This document shows positions 8,657 to 20,500 of a DNA stretch of 64,000 nucleotides, piece after piece. Below the pieces are notes generated by a model. It was not told the origin of the DNA. It saw nothing but the letters and a program-made list of their open reading frames with translations, and did not search any database. The stretch spans positions 73,787 through 137,786 of IMG/VR virus record IMGVR_UViG_3300015214_000024. One strand, written 5' to 3'. This DNA is from a virus. Lineage: Duplodnaviria; Heunggongvirae; Uroviricota; Caudoviricetes. The translations under genes were made by a program, and so were the position numbers. Each line of letters starts with the position of its first letter. The stretch's first letter is position 1.

Positions 8657-9133
8657 ATGAAAAACATAAAAAATGCACTCTACAATTCTTCTTGGCAGAC
8701 ATCAGTAACGACTGATCAACAGATTAGTCTTCTGAAAGAAATATCGAAAAAAATGGATGACAATATAATGAAATCTATATATAGTGACGTTCAAACTATC
8801 TATGATGATAGTAAATCTACTTGGTATTGTGATTATGAATCATCCAGGCCGATCAAAGATACAGTATCAAGATCTCAGCACAATTCAGTAGTTAAAGATC
8901 GTGATAGTGCTAAGGAAGAAGCCGCTGATGCTAAAAACACTATCCACGCATTAACAGATGGTAATGAAGAAATGCAACGGGCATTGATTAAAATCGATCC
9001 TCATAACATTCGATATATTGAAAATCCATATGTAAGTGTCCAGCTTGATGCGATTATGGCTGATCCTAATTGTTTCACAAAGATTAAAAATCCTGCACAA
9101 GAGGCAATTGATATGTACAGGATTGTTAAATGA
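8657..9133 (+). CDS. Protein with C-terminal DUF4116-like repeats
   Basis: EEMQRALIKIDPHNIRYIENPYVSVQLDAIMADPNCFTKIKNP. Confidence 0.65.
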   Translation: MKNIKNALYNSSWQTSVTTDQQISLLKEISKKMDDNIMKSIYSDVQTIYDDSKSTWYCDYESSRPIKDTVSRSQHNSVVKDRDSAKEEAADAKNTIHALTDGNEEMQRALIKIDPHNIRYIENPYVSVQLDAIMADPNCFTKIKNPAQEAIDMYRIVK

Positions 9134-9543
9134 GTCATCAGGCTTGGATTAATGACATAAGTGAAAAGGAACGATTGTCTATCTTGGAAAAACATCCAAG
9201 AGCTATTATTCACATCAATACTCCATCCTTTAACGAATTAAAAATGGTTATTGATTTAGATGTCGATTCTTTAAAAGAACAAACAGAAATGTGCGGAAAA
9301 GCCCAACTGTATTTTATACAACGATATCCGGATATGATCTACATTATTAAAGATCCGCTTCCTGTTGTATTGGACATCGCTATAGAGAAATTTCCTCACG
9401 CAATAACACAAGTTGATAACTTTAGTGATGATCAACTTATCCGTGCAATATCCTTAAATCCAAAAGTTATTGATTCTTTTTCTCCTGATAAAAGAAATAG
9501 GATAGAAGGATATATTGAAACATACGCGACGTTAGTGAAATAA
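9130..9543 (+). CDS. DUF4116-like helical repeat protein
   Basis: Repeats AQLYFIQRYPDMIYIIKDP and VLDIAIEKFPHAI. Confidence 0.6.
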   Translation: MSHQAWINDISEKERLSILEKHPRAIIHINTPSFNELKMVIDLDVDSLKEQTEMCGKAQLYFIQRYPDMIYIIKDPLPVVLDIAIEKFPHAITQVDNFSDDQLIRAISLNPKVIDSFSPDKRNRIEGYIETYATLVK

Positions 9544-9555
9544 AGGCATACTATA

Positions 9556-9789
9556 ATGTATAAAGATTCATTAAAAGAGGCAAGGATCTACTTAAAGTCG
9601 ATTGGTAAAACTGAATACCATTTGACTGATGATCATATGGCCGCCGATTTATTTGATCAACTTCAAGCCAAACGGCAGGAAATCAATGAAGCAAAAGTTG
9701 CTGCAATGAAAGAAGTTGCTGCCAAATATGACGAGCAGCTTAATGATATTGAAGATCAATATTCGACGCTATTGAGGATGATTGCTTAA
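9556..9789 (+). CDS. Small coiled-coil protein
   Basis: 77-aa ORF with a heptad-rich C-terminal half. Confidence 0.65.
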   Translation: MYKDSLKEARIYLKSIGKTEYHLTDDHMAADLFDQLQAKRQEINEAKVAAMKEVAAKYDEQLNDIEDQYSTLLRMIA

Positions 9790-10949
9790 TGTCACTTTCA
9801 ATTAACATACCGGATGAGCATTATGTTACATTTACTTTTCGAAGTGATGACATTTATCCACTTGGTTTCCTAGTCCCGGAAGGAAAAGATCAGGCATCTA
9901 TCAAGAAAAAAGCTACTGCTGATCAATGGGCAAGTAGGTCCAAGGTTCAAGTTCCTGCCAAAACTTTTAAAAATAAACCAATGGTCGGATTTGAAATTCG
10001 AAAATCTGTTCAACATTATCGTAGCCGTGGAGCAAATAAGGAAGTCTGGAGGATATTAGATCCGCGCGGATTTGAATTGGAAATCACAAATGATAATATG
10101 GAATTCATCATTGATCATTGTATCTTAGATAAGGGCGAAATTATCAGTTCCTGCATTTGGGGTAGAGAAGGAAGTAGAAATATGTTGCTTCCAGTAGACT
10201 GTGACGAATACCGGGCCGCAATTGCCAATACTGAACGTTTGAGTAAGAAAGCATCTATGAGAGATGTTAAGCTAGGTGATCACGTTACATTTAAGAAAGG
10301 AACTCGTGGTCGATTCTTAGGAAAATACTACAAATATGTTTTAGAAATTGGTAATCAGTTTGATCTATCGTCCACTATTGAAGTCAGTTCATCCAAATAT
10401 TATGTGTTTGTTGATGACAAACAAGAATTAACTATATCTTCATCAGTGCAAGTATCAGAAATTAACAAATCTGAACCGATTTCTGAAGCTGACGCTGAAG
10501 TATTAGTCAATCAATTAATTCAAGTTAAAAACTCTAGCTATCGCTATAGTGATGCTCCAGTAATGATGTCAACTGAAAAGATTGAATTTAATAAGTTTAC
10601 ACCAGATTATAGCCCAATATCCAATTTAGATGAAGTTATGCCGCGCGGTTATTATCACGCTATTTTGACTGCTAAGAATAATGGGCTAACTTATGTAGTT
10701 GATGCGAAATCTTCATCTTATAGCTATAATAAAGATACGATCAATGCTACTGAAATTAAAAAGACAGATTTAGACGAAAATATTATAACGTATGTTCAAA
10801 TCCCGCAAAGTGGGTACTATGGTGGTAATAGAATGACTCCCAAAAGGCTGTCAATTGACTCTAAGACACTGTCGTCAATGTATGATATTGAAGTATTGTC
10901 GTTTAGTTATAAAACTAGTTTAGGTACAGAAGTGGAAATTAAAATATAA
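9789..10949 (+). CDS. Hypothetical phage protein (WRILDPRGFELEI motif)
   Basis: 386-aa ORF; the motif is recalled from large-phage hypothetical proteins; function unknown. Confidence 0.75.
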   Translation: MSLSINIPDEHYVTFTFRSDDIYPLGFLVPEGKDQASIKKKATADQWASRSKVQVPAKTFKNKPMVGFEIRKSVQHYRSRGANKEVWRILDPRGFELEITNDNMEFIIDHCILDKGEIISSCIWGREGSRNMLLPVDCDEYRAAIANTERLSKKASMRDVKLGDHVTFKKGTRGRFLGKYYKYVLEIGNQFDLSSTIEVSSSKYYVFVDDKQELTISSSVQVSEINKSEPISEADAEVLVNQLIQVKNSSYRYSDAPVMMSTEKIEFNKFTPDYSPISNLDEVMPRGYYHAILTAKNNGLTYVVDAKSSSYSYNKDTINATEIKKTDLDENIITYVQIPQSGYYGGNRMTPKRLSIDSKTLSSMYDIEVLSFSYKTSLGTEVEIKI

Positions 10950-10977
10950 TAAAAGCGGCTCAAGCCGCTTTTATTAT
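10946..10977. terminator. Bidirectional intrinsic terminator
   Basis: Perfect 14-bp stem ATAATAAAAGCGGC-TCAA-GCCGCTTTTATTAT between convergent genes. Confidence 0.9.
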
Positions 10978-11549
10978 GCCATTTGAATTCTAATCGTATA
11001 TTGTATTCTTAAACTTCTGTTTAAGCTTTTTTGGATAGTATTAAAGATAACGTGACTTAGGAGCATCTCTTCTCCATTTTCACCGTCAGTCTTTAATCCA
11101 ATTTCATCGAACATATAATCGCTATTCATATCAGTTGAATCATCAAATGCGCTCTGGCCAGATGGCTCACCAAATCCTAACAAACAAGTAATCACAATAT
11201 CAGTAAAAAGAGCATTAGTTTGGTGAACTATTGTCATATATGAATCAGCAGAAGTATCTCCTTCAGCATCTACGACTTTTTCATAAGTTAAGTTATAAAG
11301 GTCAGCATTTTGACCTTGAACGTTAGGTGGGAGGTACGTAACGATTCCAAGTCCGTTAACTGTTGATCCACCATTACCAAAGCACATTTTATAAATTGGA
11401 CCATTGCCCATATTGGCCAAGCTTCTAGCAATACCAATACTCATATTTTCAAAATGGATAGCATTTCTTTTTTCAAGAAGAATTTCACCAGATTCAGCAT
11501 CTGCTATTTGGACAAATCCTTGTACCATTGGTTCAGCAATATCAAACAC
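10974..11549 (-). CDS. Virion structural protein (baseplate/tail-associated)
   Basis: AAGGAG RBS; follows the giant baseplate gene; FGNGG, FDEIGL and IQKSLNR motifs typical of jumbo-phage structural proteins. Confidence 0.65.
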   Translation of the reverse strand: MFDIAEPMVQGFVQIADAESGEILLEKRNAIHFENMSIGIARSLANMGNGPIYKMCFGNGGSTVNGLGIVTYLPPNVQGQNADLYNLTYEKVVDAEGDTSADSYMTIVHQTNALFTDIVITCLLGFGEPSGQSAFDDSTDMNSDYMFDEIGLKTDGENGEEMLLSHVIFNTIQKSLNRSLRIQYTIRIQMA

Positions 11550-11572
11550 TATTCAATTCTCCTTAATGCGTA

Positions 11573-14500
11573 TTATTTATTGTATTCAAAATTGATAAAT
11601 CTTGCCATTTCATCAACGGTGTTGAATTGGAGACCAAACGGACTCTTGACCCATTTATATCCCTTTTCATACTCGTGTGGCAAGCAAGCATTATAGACGG
11701 CCGTACCAGATGGTATGATAGTTGGCTTTGGTTTAAACACTGTTATCGTTAATTCAGTCGCAATTGGTAACAATTGGTCGACTGTAAAGGTACCAACCCC
11801 GACGGCTGTGATCTTAGTTTTAACGTTGTTTAATGAAACAGTATCGCCAACTGTCATATAGTCAATTAGTGATGAAGTTAGCGTATAATCATAACCTGTT
11901 TGCGTAAATTCACCAAGTCCAAAATGTTCAGTCTGGTATCTAAATGTAGAACCGACCGATTCAGCATATCCAGCAGATGTTCCGCCAGTTCCACGGACAA
12001 TTTGTTTCAATACATTGCCATCTCTTCTCCAAAATTCAATTCGTTCTCCACCAATCCATATCACTCCTGGTTTGTCCATTCGAGCCTGGCTTGAACCTTG
12101 ACTTGGTAAATCTATTGCATCAGTTAATACAATTTCACGATCTCTCCATTTGAGTGGTTCAGCCAATGATGTGGTATTCTCAATACTTACTCGATACAGA
12201 CGATTCTTGGCGTGCTGTCCGCTGTGATGGTACAACTTAGTACCAGCAGCAAAAGTGTATGAAGTAGTATAGTCATAGTTTCGAATCACGTCATAAACAA
12301 CATTGTTGATCATATATCTTACAACAATTCTAACATTTGAAACTGGTGAGCTAAATGACAGTTGCCTGTTAGATGGGTTATAGTTATAATCCACCAAAGG
12401 AGTCATATAGCTACCATCAACATATGTTATACCATCTGGACTTAAGACTTGTTGAATCACACTAATTTGATTAATTGTAGTGACTGGATTTGGCAAAGTT
12501 GTATATGATGCTATATTTTTCTTAACCAAAGAAAGTGGTTCTCTGACAAATATTTCCTCAACATCTAAATTCTTAACCAAAGTAAGTCTACCATAATTAA
12601 AATCAGTTAAATCATTCAAGACCAATGTTGTGTCAGTTTCAGTAATAGCATTACCTAGAGTGAATATGTTTGATGCTTGGTAATCTTGACTCAATCTATT
12701 ACTTTCTTGATCGTAATGAACAATAAATGATCCATTACCATTGGCATTTCTGGATGAATAATAATAAACTTGTATTTCGTCACCATCTATGCTCGATGGA
12801 ATGTTCAACATTTGTCCATCTGTGGTATAATCATCATTATGTTTTAATCTAATACCATTAACAAATACCATCAACTGATCTGGACTGAATGGTACAAATC
12901 CTACATTGTAAGTTCCGCCGTTAGTACCAGTAATATCTACGTGGTTTATAAATTTGATTTTCATTTCTAACCAGTTTCCTTCACCTGGATCGCTGGCTAG
13001 AATGATAGTATTTTTTACAGTATCGATAGAGTATGATATTGCATTACCATTTAATGTAGCAGTGACTTGACTTGCTACCATAATATCGTGTGGTATAGCG
13101 TATTCGACGATGCTACTATATGTTGGTGTTTCATAAACAGCAATGTCGTGCGGTGCCATAAAGACCTCAACAATATCATCGCTATCCATAATTGAATTTC
13201 GGGTGCCTACGTTAATTCCCATTGAGGAAGCACCGCCAGCACTATCACCGATTGTAATTGGGTCGCCGATAATATTGGCAATCACTAATTGCTTTTTATC
13301 AACATACGAAATAAAGTTGGCAATATTATTAATGGCTGAGATTAGATCGTTAATTGTTGCTCCGCTAACAGTTGTTCCATTAATTTCAAATGCTGCACCA
13401 TTATATAGGTCAGATGCACCTTTAACTTTATTGAAAATAGTTAATGTTTGGCCATTGATATCGTAGTCAGGGAAATCACCATTATTAGCGATCACCAGAC
13501 CATTAATGGATACAAATGCTTCGCTATCATCTGGCAAGGTAACACCAAGGTCAAATGTATTTAAACCACTAAATGTGTAATTTTTCTGAATCATTTGAGT
13601 GTAGGTAGCAGTCTTGAATACTACTATGTCAACATTTGATCCAGCTACTATAGGAGTATTCATTACAATATCATCACCAGATATTGTGTAATCGTTTCTG
13701 TAGTCTCCATCAACAATCACCAAAGGATATGGATGTGATGAAAGCTGGTCCAATGTAAATGTATCTGTGTCAGCAAGTAGAACTTCGTGTAGCTGGCTGA
13801 TTATTTCTTCACCACCTATACCAAATGAGAATATATCAATTCTATCCTGTATGGTTAAATGGATGTTGTTTCTAATAGTAACAAACATTCGGTCATTACT
13901 AATTACGTAGACGGAATCATCATTTGGTTGTAGAACACCATTTATGAAAACTAGTATTGAATCATCAACTGTAGCGGTCTGACCAATTGCGAATGGCCCG
14001 TTTGATTCACCACCATAAATTTTGTTCATAACCTTACCGTCAGCAGCAATACCGTCAGCTTGAACGAATATTGAAAGTGATTCACCAATTGCATTGATGA
14101 CTAGTTCTTCTGGGTGATCTGAATCAATATATGGCTGTCTGAACAAATAGCCATCCAAAACAATGTCAGATGATTCTTCAACTGATGCTTCATTGAAAGA
14201 GTCGTCATAGAAAACACTCACTTTTGCAGTTTCACCAATCTCTAGAGCAGTAGGGAATGTGATATTAGATCCAGAAAGAGTGAAATTTTCAGTTTCAAGA
14301 TCATTAATAAACACTGAAATGTCATCGTTTGGTCCAATGCTTCCACCCAAACTAAATGTAGTAGTCGTTCCGTCACCATTCAACGTCCTTGTGAAGCGGT
14401 ATTTGGAAGTATTTCCTTTATAAACGACATTGTAGTCACTGACGTCGATAATATTAGAACCAGATGCCAATGGTGACCAAGGAGTATCACTCCAAGGACC

Positions 14501-17500
14501 AGATGCTGCTGATGACCATCCGCCAATTGGATTTTGAACTAGATCCTTAAATGTAGCATTATTAACTATCGTTCCTCGGAATGAACATCCAGGAATTAAG
14601 TCATCCAAATTCAAGTTTGTATTGACATTATTATTCAAAACATCTGCTTGATCAAATGGTAATTCTTGATAGGATTGAACAATACGATCAGCAGCCGTTA
14701 GATATTCAGGAATGTCAGCATCCCAAACTTGTTCACCCCAGCCAGCACTATCCCAACCAAAGCTTGCTTTACAGCTCACTCGATCAAAGTACATAGTGGT
14801 TTCAATTTCTCTGACTTGGTGGGTACCTTTATTATAATACTGACTCCACCAATATTGATCACTATTTGGATCAGTCATAATTGCCATATCACCAGCATCA
14901 TTTGGATCAAGCACTCTGTAATCATTAAGTTCAGGATCAAACCATACTGGCTTGTCAAAATCAGTTACGATAGTTTTAGCAATATCAGTACCAATCATTA
15001 AGTTAATTCTAAAATCTCTCAATTTGGTATGATATGGCTTAGCTTCCTGTATGTATTCAATAAACGAATCACTTCTATTTGAAATAAACACTGGGCTTTG
15101 GCTGGCAACTTGATTTAAACCCTCGCCAACAATATATGTTGTCTTAAAGGCCCAATCGACATTAAGCTGTTCGCTAAAGACTTGATTGATCATACTGAAG
15201 AATATCAGGTTAACTTCCATATTGGTGAATATGGTATTCCTCAAAATATCAATAATAGATTCGATAGCCAATTGGCGACCTGGGACGCCATTAGGATAAA
15301 AACTGCTGGTAATCTTTTTATTAGGATTGCCATAGGTCAAGTCGATAAATTTATCAACATCAAATTGGATAGTACCATTTTCTCTGAATTTCAAATCAAA
15401 TCCATCTGCAGTATATTCATAGACAGCTTCAATGCCAGTTCCGTCATTGTAGAAATCAGTAATTCTAACTAAGTCACCAACGGCTAGTAATGATAAAACA
15501 ATGTCTTCAAATTTTTCATATGTGAATTTAACTAAAGCATTGCTATCATAGTCTGGTGTAGAAAAATCTGCATAATCCCAGAAATCGGTATATTTGAACG
15601 ATTCGGCACAAGTTTCAACAAAATTATCATTAGAAACTGGTATAGTCGTATTTAGGACTTTATAAATCCTCCAGAAACCACCAGTATCTGTTCCAGCTCT
15701 TACTAAAATTTGATCATCAATAGTAGCTAAACCATTTTCCACTAAACTGTTTCTTTCAATAAAAGTATCTACGATAAAAGAACTGTCAGTGCCAGTGTTA
15801 TTTGAATTGTAGTTTAGCGGATCACTAAATTCGCACGGATTTATTGGTCTGGTTGATGCCAATACTGTGCCATATGCTGCTGGAGCATCTGCATCAGCTA
15901 ATAAGTTGTTAAATCCTTCGCGATCAACAATTTGATCTAATTCAAATAATCTATTGACTGATTTGAAAAACTCTTTAACTGCTTTATTTTGATCAATAAA
16001 CCAAGATTGTCTTGGGCGCTTCAAATTACCATATCTGTTAATAGGATCAACATTAATATCTGGCACTGGTTGGTAAAGAATGTTGTAACCGCTTAGACTT
16101 GCCTTCATTTGGTTCCAAAAGCCCGTAGGAGGCAATGAAAGTTCATCACCCTCACGCATCAATAACCATTGTGTGTGGGCGTCATTGAGGTTCTTTTGAT
16201 TGTTATAATTAATTTGAATGCTAGTTTCGTCGTTCAATGCAATGTTATTCAAGTTTGCCACCAACAAGCTGGCAGGTCCACAAGGTGCAAACCAAACAAT
16301 CCCTTCACTTGTAGGATCTCTCAAAATATTAGCGATCTGGAAAACAGAATATTGTCTGTTCTGGAATGGTGGATTTGATGACAAGTCCTTGACCCAGAAA
16401 TAATATACTGTCACAGTTTGATTATTTTTGTTGACTTTTTCACCCACAATGTATGGTGCGATACCATTTGAGTCGTAATATGGCTCGCCGTTGGTTTGTT
16501 TGTAATAATCACTTGCTGCACTATTAGTTGCCCATTGGTCTGGTGTTACAGTAGACTCAACCCATTCATAGACATCGACAGAGCTGAATGGTGAGAGCGC
16601 TCCCCAGTTATTTGAGCGATAGTAGCTATTTGAAACTTCATAATTTTCATATACTAGATTATTAGTATTCCACCAAACTTGCCCAACTTGGCCAACTCCC
16701 CAGAAACCATTAGTATAATCTGCAGGATCGACATCCAATTTGTAATCTATTTCAGCAGCAACCTGACCTGGGAACAGGTTCTTAGCCGGGTCAAAAGCTT
16801 GCAAATGCGCAATAACGAAGTTATCGTTATTATCATAGATAACCGTATTCTTAAATTCCTCAGTATCAACCTTTAAGTTTTGGTTTCTAATGGTGCTCCA
16901 TCCAGTATTGTTGATATTTGCTTTTACATACCATCTTGCTTCAGTTGTTGGTGCTACGGTACTATTCATAGCATCAAAATATGCATAAACGTCCTTCAAA
17001 CGACTAACTGTAGAACCAGAGTTGTGTGACGATATTGTCGTACCATTAACACCTCGACCAAGCCCTTCCAATTTATTACCGTTAATCGTTTGGTAATTAA
17101 TCATTTCACCATTGATTTGAATTAGACCTGGAGCCTTCAAATTCTTTGCTGATGTTAAATCAATAACTTGATCAGTTGATGCTAAGTTGGATGCTAATGT
17201 AAACACTGTCATTGAATAGTCGTTGGAATTGAACAGCCCGCTTTCATAATGGTATCTAGATTCAATCAAATCCAAAATACTGATATCTTCATAGTTGACG
17301 GCATTGGATTCGGCAATAGCTAAATCAATTTTAATATTATTTCCATAAGATTCAATTACTTCGTAGACACCTGAATAATTAATGTAATCGATAAAGAAGT
17401 TTTCAAAGATAATTGTATCACCAGCAGAGTAAGTGTTGTTAGACAACTCGAGGGTAACTTGATCACCATACCCACTGTATTCAATGCTGAATAATGTACC

Positions 17501-20500
17501 TGCCGCATAGTCGCCATTATTGACTGGGTCGCCATTCTGATCCAAATTACCCACTAATGTATTATTGTACCCTCTTTCCAAATCAGTCAAAGTGGTCGTA
17601 GTCTTACTGTTGTATTTGATTTTTTCAAGTCCAATAGTAATGATTCCTGAGTCTGGCCAACTTTCAGTATTTGATACATTAATTGAAGTATCATTTATAG
17701 CCAAAGGAGATGTTAAAGTGCTTGTGTAATTAAAAGGTACACCCACCACATCACAATCTTTCAGTCTAATAGTGTAAACTTGGAACTGATCAGGGAACGA
17801 ACTATCACTGCTTGGCATTTGATCGATCCAAATTTGATCATTCACTTCAAGAGACCCGTCTTGTAACAATATAGGTAAATTGTCAGTGAAGTCATATATG
17901 GTATGATAGCGAGCTTTCATTTCTGATGGTAGCACATAACCAGCAACTCGGTTATCTGTTGGTAATAAGTATTCACCGTTAAATCTTCTACCACCAGCAG
18001 GTCTTACATTAAAGATGCTGTTGGTTAAAATCTTTGGTTTCATTATCCAACGTGAATCGGTTGGGTTTATTGTGATTACTGAATCATAAGCAAGGTCGTC
18101 TAATCCAAATGTTGTATATTGGTTATGTGTCGAAGCCGTGGTGCCTAATACTCCGCGCTCTAAACCAGTCAAAGTTGATAAGGTTTTACCAGAATATCTT
18201 ATTTTTTCGTCATCAATAACAATGATACCTTGATCGGGCAAGTTTTCAGTATTTTCTACATTAGCAACTGTATCATTATCGGACATATTAGCCGTTAGTC
18301 GAGCAAAGCTGAAATCAAACAATTGAATATTTGTTCTTAGCTCTGAAGGATTGACATAAAATTCAGCATTAATGCCGTTCATAATATTACCAAAATCGCC
18401 AACTTTTAGTGCCCATTCTTCATAGAAGGTTACGTCATCACTGCCACTGCTAATACCACTTCTCAACAAGGTTGATAGTGTGGATATAGTACCTTTATTT
18501 CTTATAAAGCCTTGGTAGAATTGGAATTGAGTTGTAGGGCTAATTAGAATTTGATCCAAATAGCTACGGCTCTGGTACCCAATGTTTCTTCGAGCAACTT
18601 CCTGTATTAGCGGAATATCGACTTGCTTTTCAATATCAAAATATTTCTGAACATCTGCAACTGATTTTTCAAGGTTTGGACTTATAGTATCTGCCTTGAC
18701 AAAATAGCCTGGAGCATTAATTCTACCAACCCAATCAAGAGTTCTAGTTGCTTGCAATCTCAAACGTGGTTGATACAAATTCAAAAGCTGACTATAAATT
18801 AAGTCATTAAAAATTGTTTTATTATCCAAAATGATAACGTGTTCAATTTCAGAAACTACAAGTCTAACGCCAAAAATTGGTATAGTGGATTGGATAATGA
18901 CTTCATTACCATCGCGGTTAATAAATGTGTCAGATTGATCAATTACTGATCCAGTAACGTCAATTAAACTGTAAACACCATTAATTAGTTGATTTAAGTT
19001 TTCGACAAAACCGTGATTGGTCACAAATTTCATATTTGTGCTTGATGGACTTAATGACAGTGATGCACCAGAAGCCCAACGTCCTTGTGCCCATAATATG
19101 TAATCATTTGCCACTTTTTCCCAAGTGTCTGTAGTATTGGTTCCTGCATCGAAGTTTTCAAAAATCCATCCTTGAGTGGCCAACCATTCACCATATCCTA
19201 GTAAGAAATCGTGAACTTGCTGAATTGTAGTAAATGTGGTACCATAAGGAACCCTTATTACTTGATCAGTAAAGTTAGCAAATTTCTTAATGTTGACTTG
19301 ACCAATAGACTTTGTGGTTTTTTTGCTATAAATGTCTGGTGCCAAAGCATAGAAATAGTTGTTTAGGATGTCATAACCAGTAACTACCCATCCATTTGAT
19401 TCTTTGGTGATTGTAATACCACTGTAGACAGCTTCACGAACTGACGGGTTTTGATACAAGAACACATTGACGTTTTCTTGCGGAATACTTGTTTGAACGT
19501 TGTCAGCCAATAACTTGATAGTATCCTTGTTAATAAAACCACCAGTTTTATAGCCAATTCTTATATCAATGTTTCTTGCCGTTGAAGTAAATTCATACGT
19601 AGATTGGCCATTTGACATTACATAATCAACTAACCAAGTTTGCAAACCGTTGCCCACATAACCATTTTCACTTTGAAGAATTGAATCAATTCCTGGACGC
19701 TTTCCTGTAAATCGGTCAATTAACTGTGGATTTTCACCATCTGGATAAGCCAAGCCAATATTATCTAAATCCCATCCATATGTGAAGAATTTAGCAGGAT
19801 GCATCAAATATCCAATAATCGCCACCGCAAACGGCCAATGTGAAGATTTTCTAAAGACAGCCTCTCCTGGTGAGAAATCACCAATCTCCCAATTCTTTAT
19901 TTGGTCATTTTTTAGAGCTTGGCTAGCCAAACCTAAACTAATAGGATCTCTTAATCTACCATCACCATCTGATGGTGCTGGTAAGCCAGTTCTTGCATAT
20001 TCAGAATATATACCTTTTCTTGGTCCGTCAAAAATAACACCATTTCTCATATCATCCCAAAGAACTGGGTTATTGAAACGATATGGACGAGGACCGTATC
20101 TTCCTTGCCACCAGTCTGGCTCTTCACTGAAACCAAACATTTCCCACGGATGAGTATTTGGACGATCAGTGCCGTAGTAAAGATTAATTATGCCTCTCCA
20201 ATATCCAGGTAAGTTTTGATTGGAATAGTTATATGTAAACGGATCAGTTTCATCGTAGGTATCATTAATTTCTATTTCAATACCTTCCTTAGCTGACCAT
20301 TGTAGTATAATTGGCGTTAATAATTGATTAAAATCATCTTGTGAGTATTCAGCATTTCTATAAAGAGTTGATACTGATTCCATAATATCATACAACTTCG
20401 TGTCTTCACTCTTATATGAATCTGGAATTGAGTCATATATGAATTGTTCAAATTCTAATATAACATCGTCACGGAAGTCATTATATGCAGGCATTATTGA

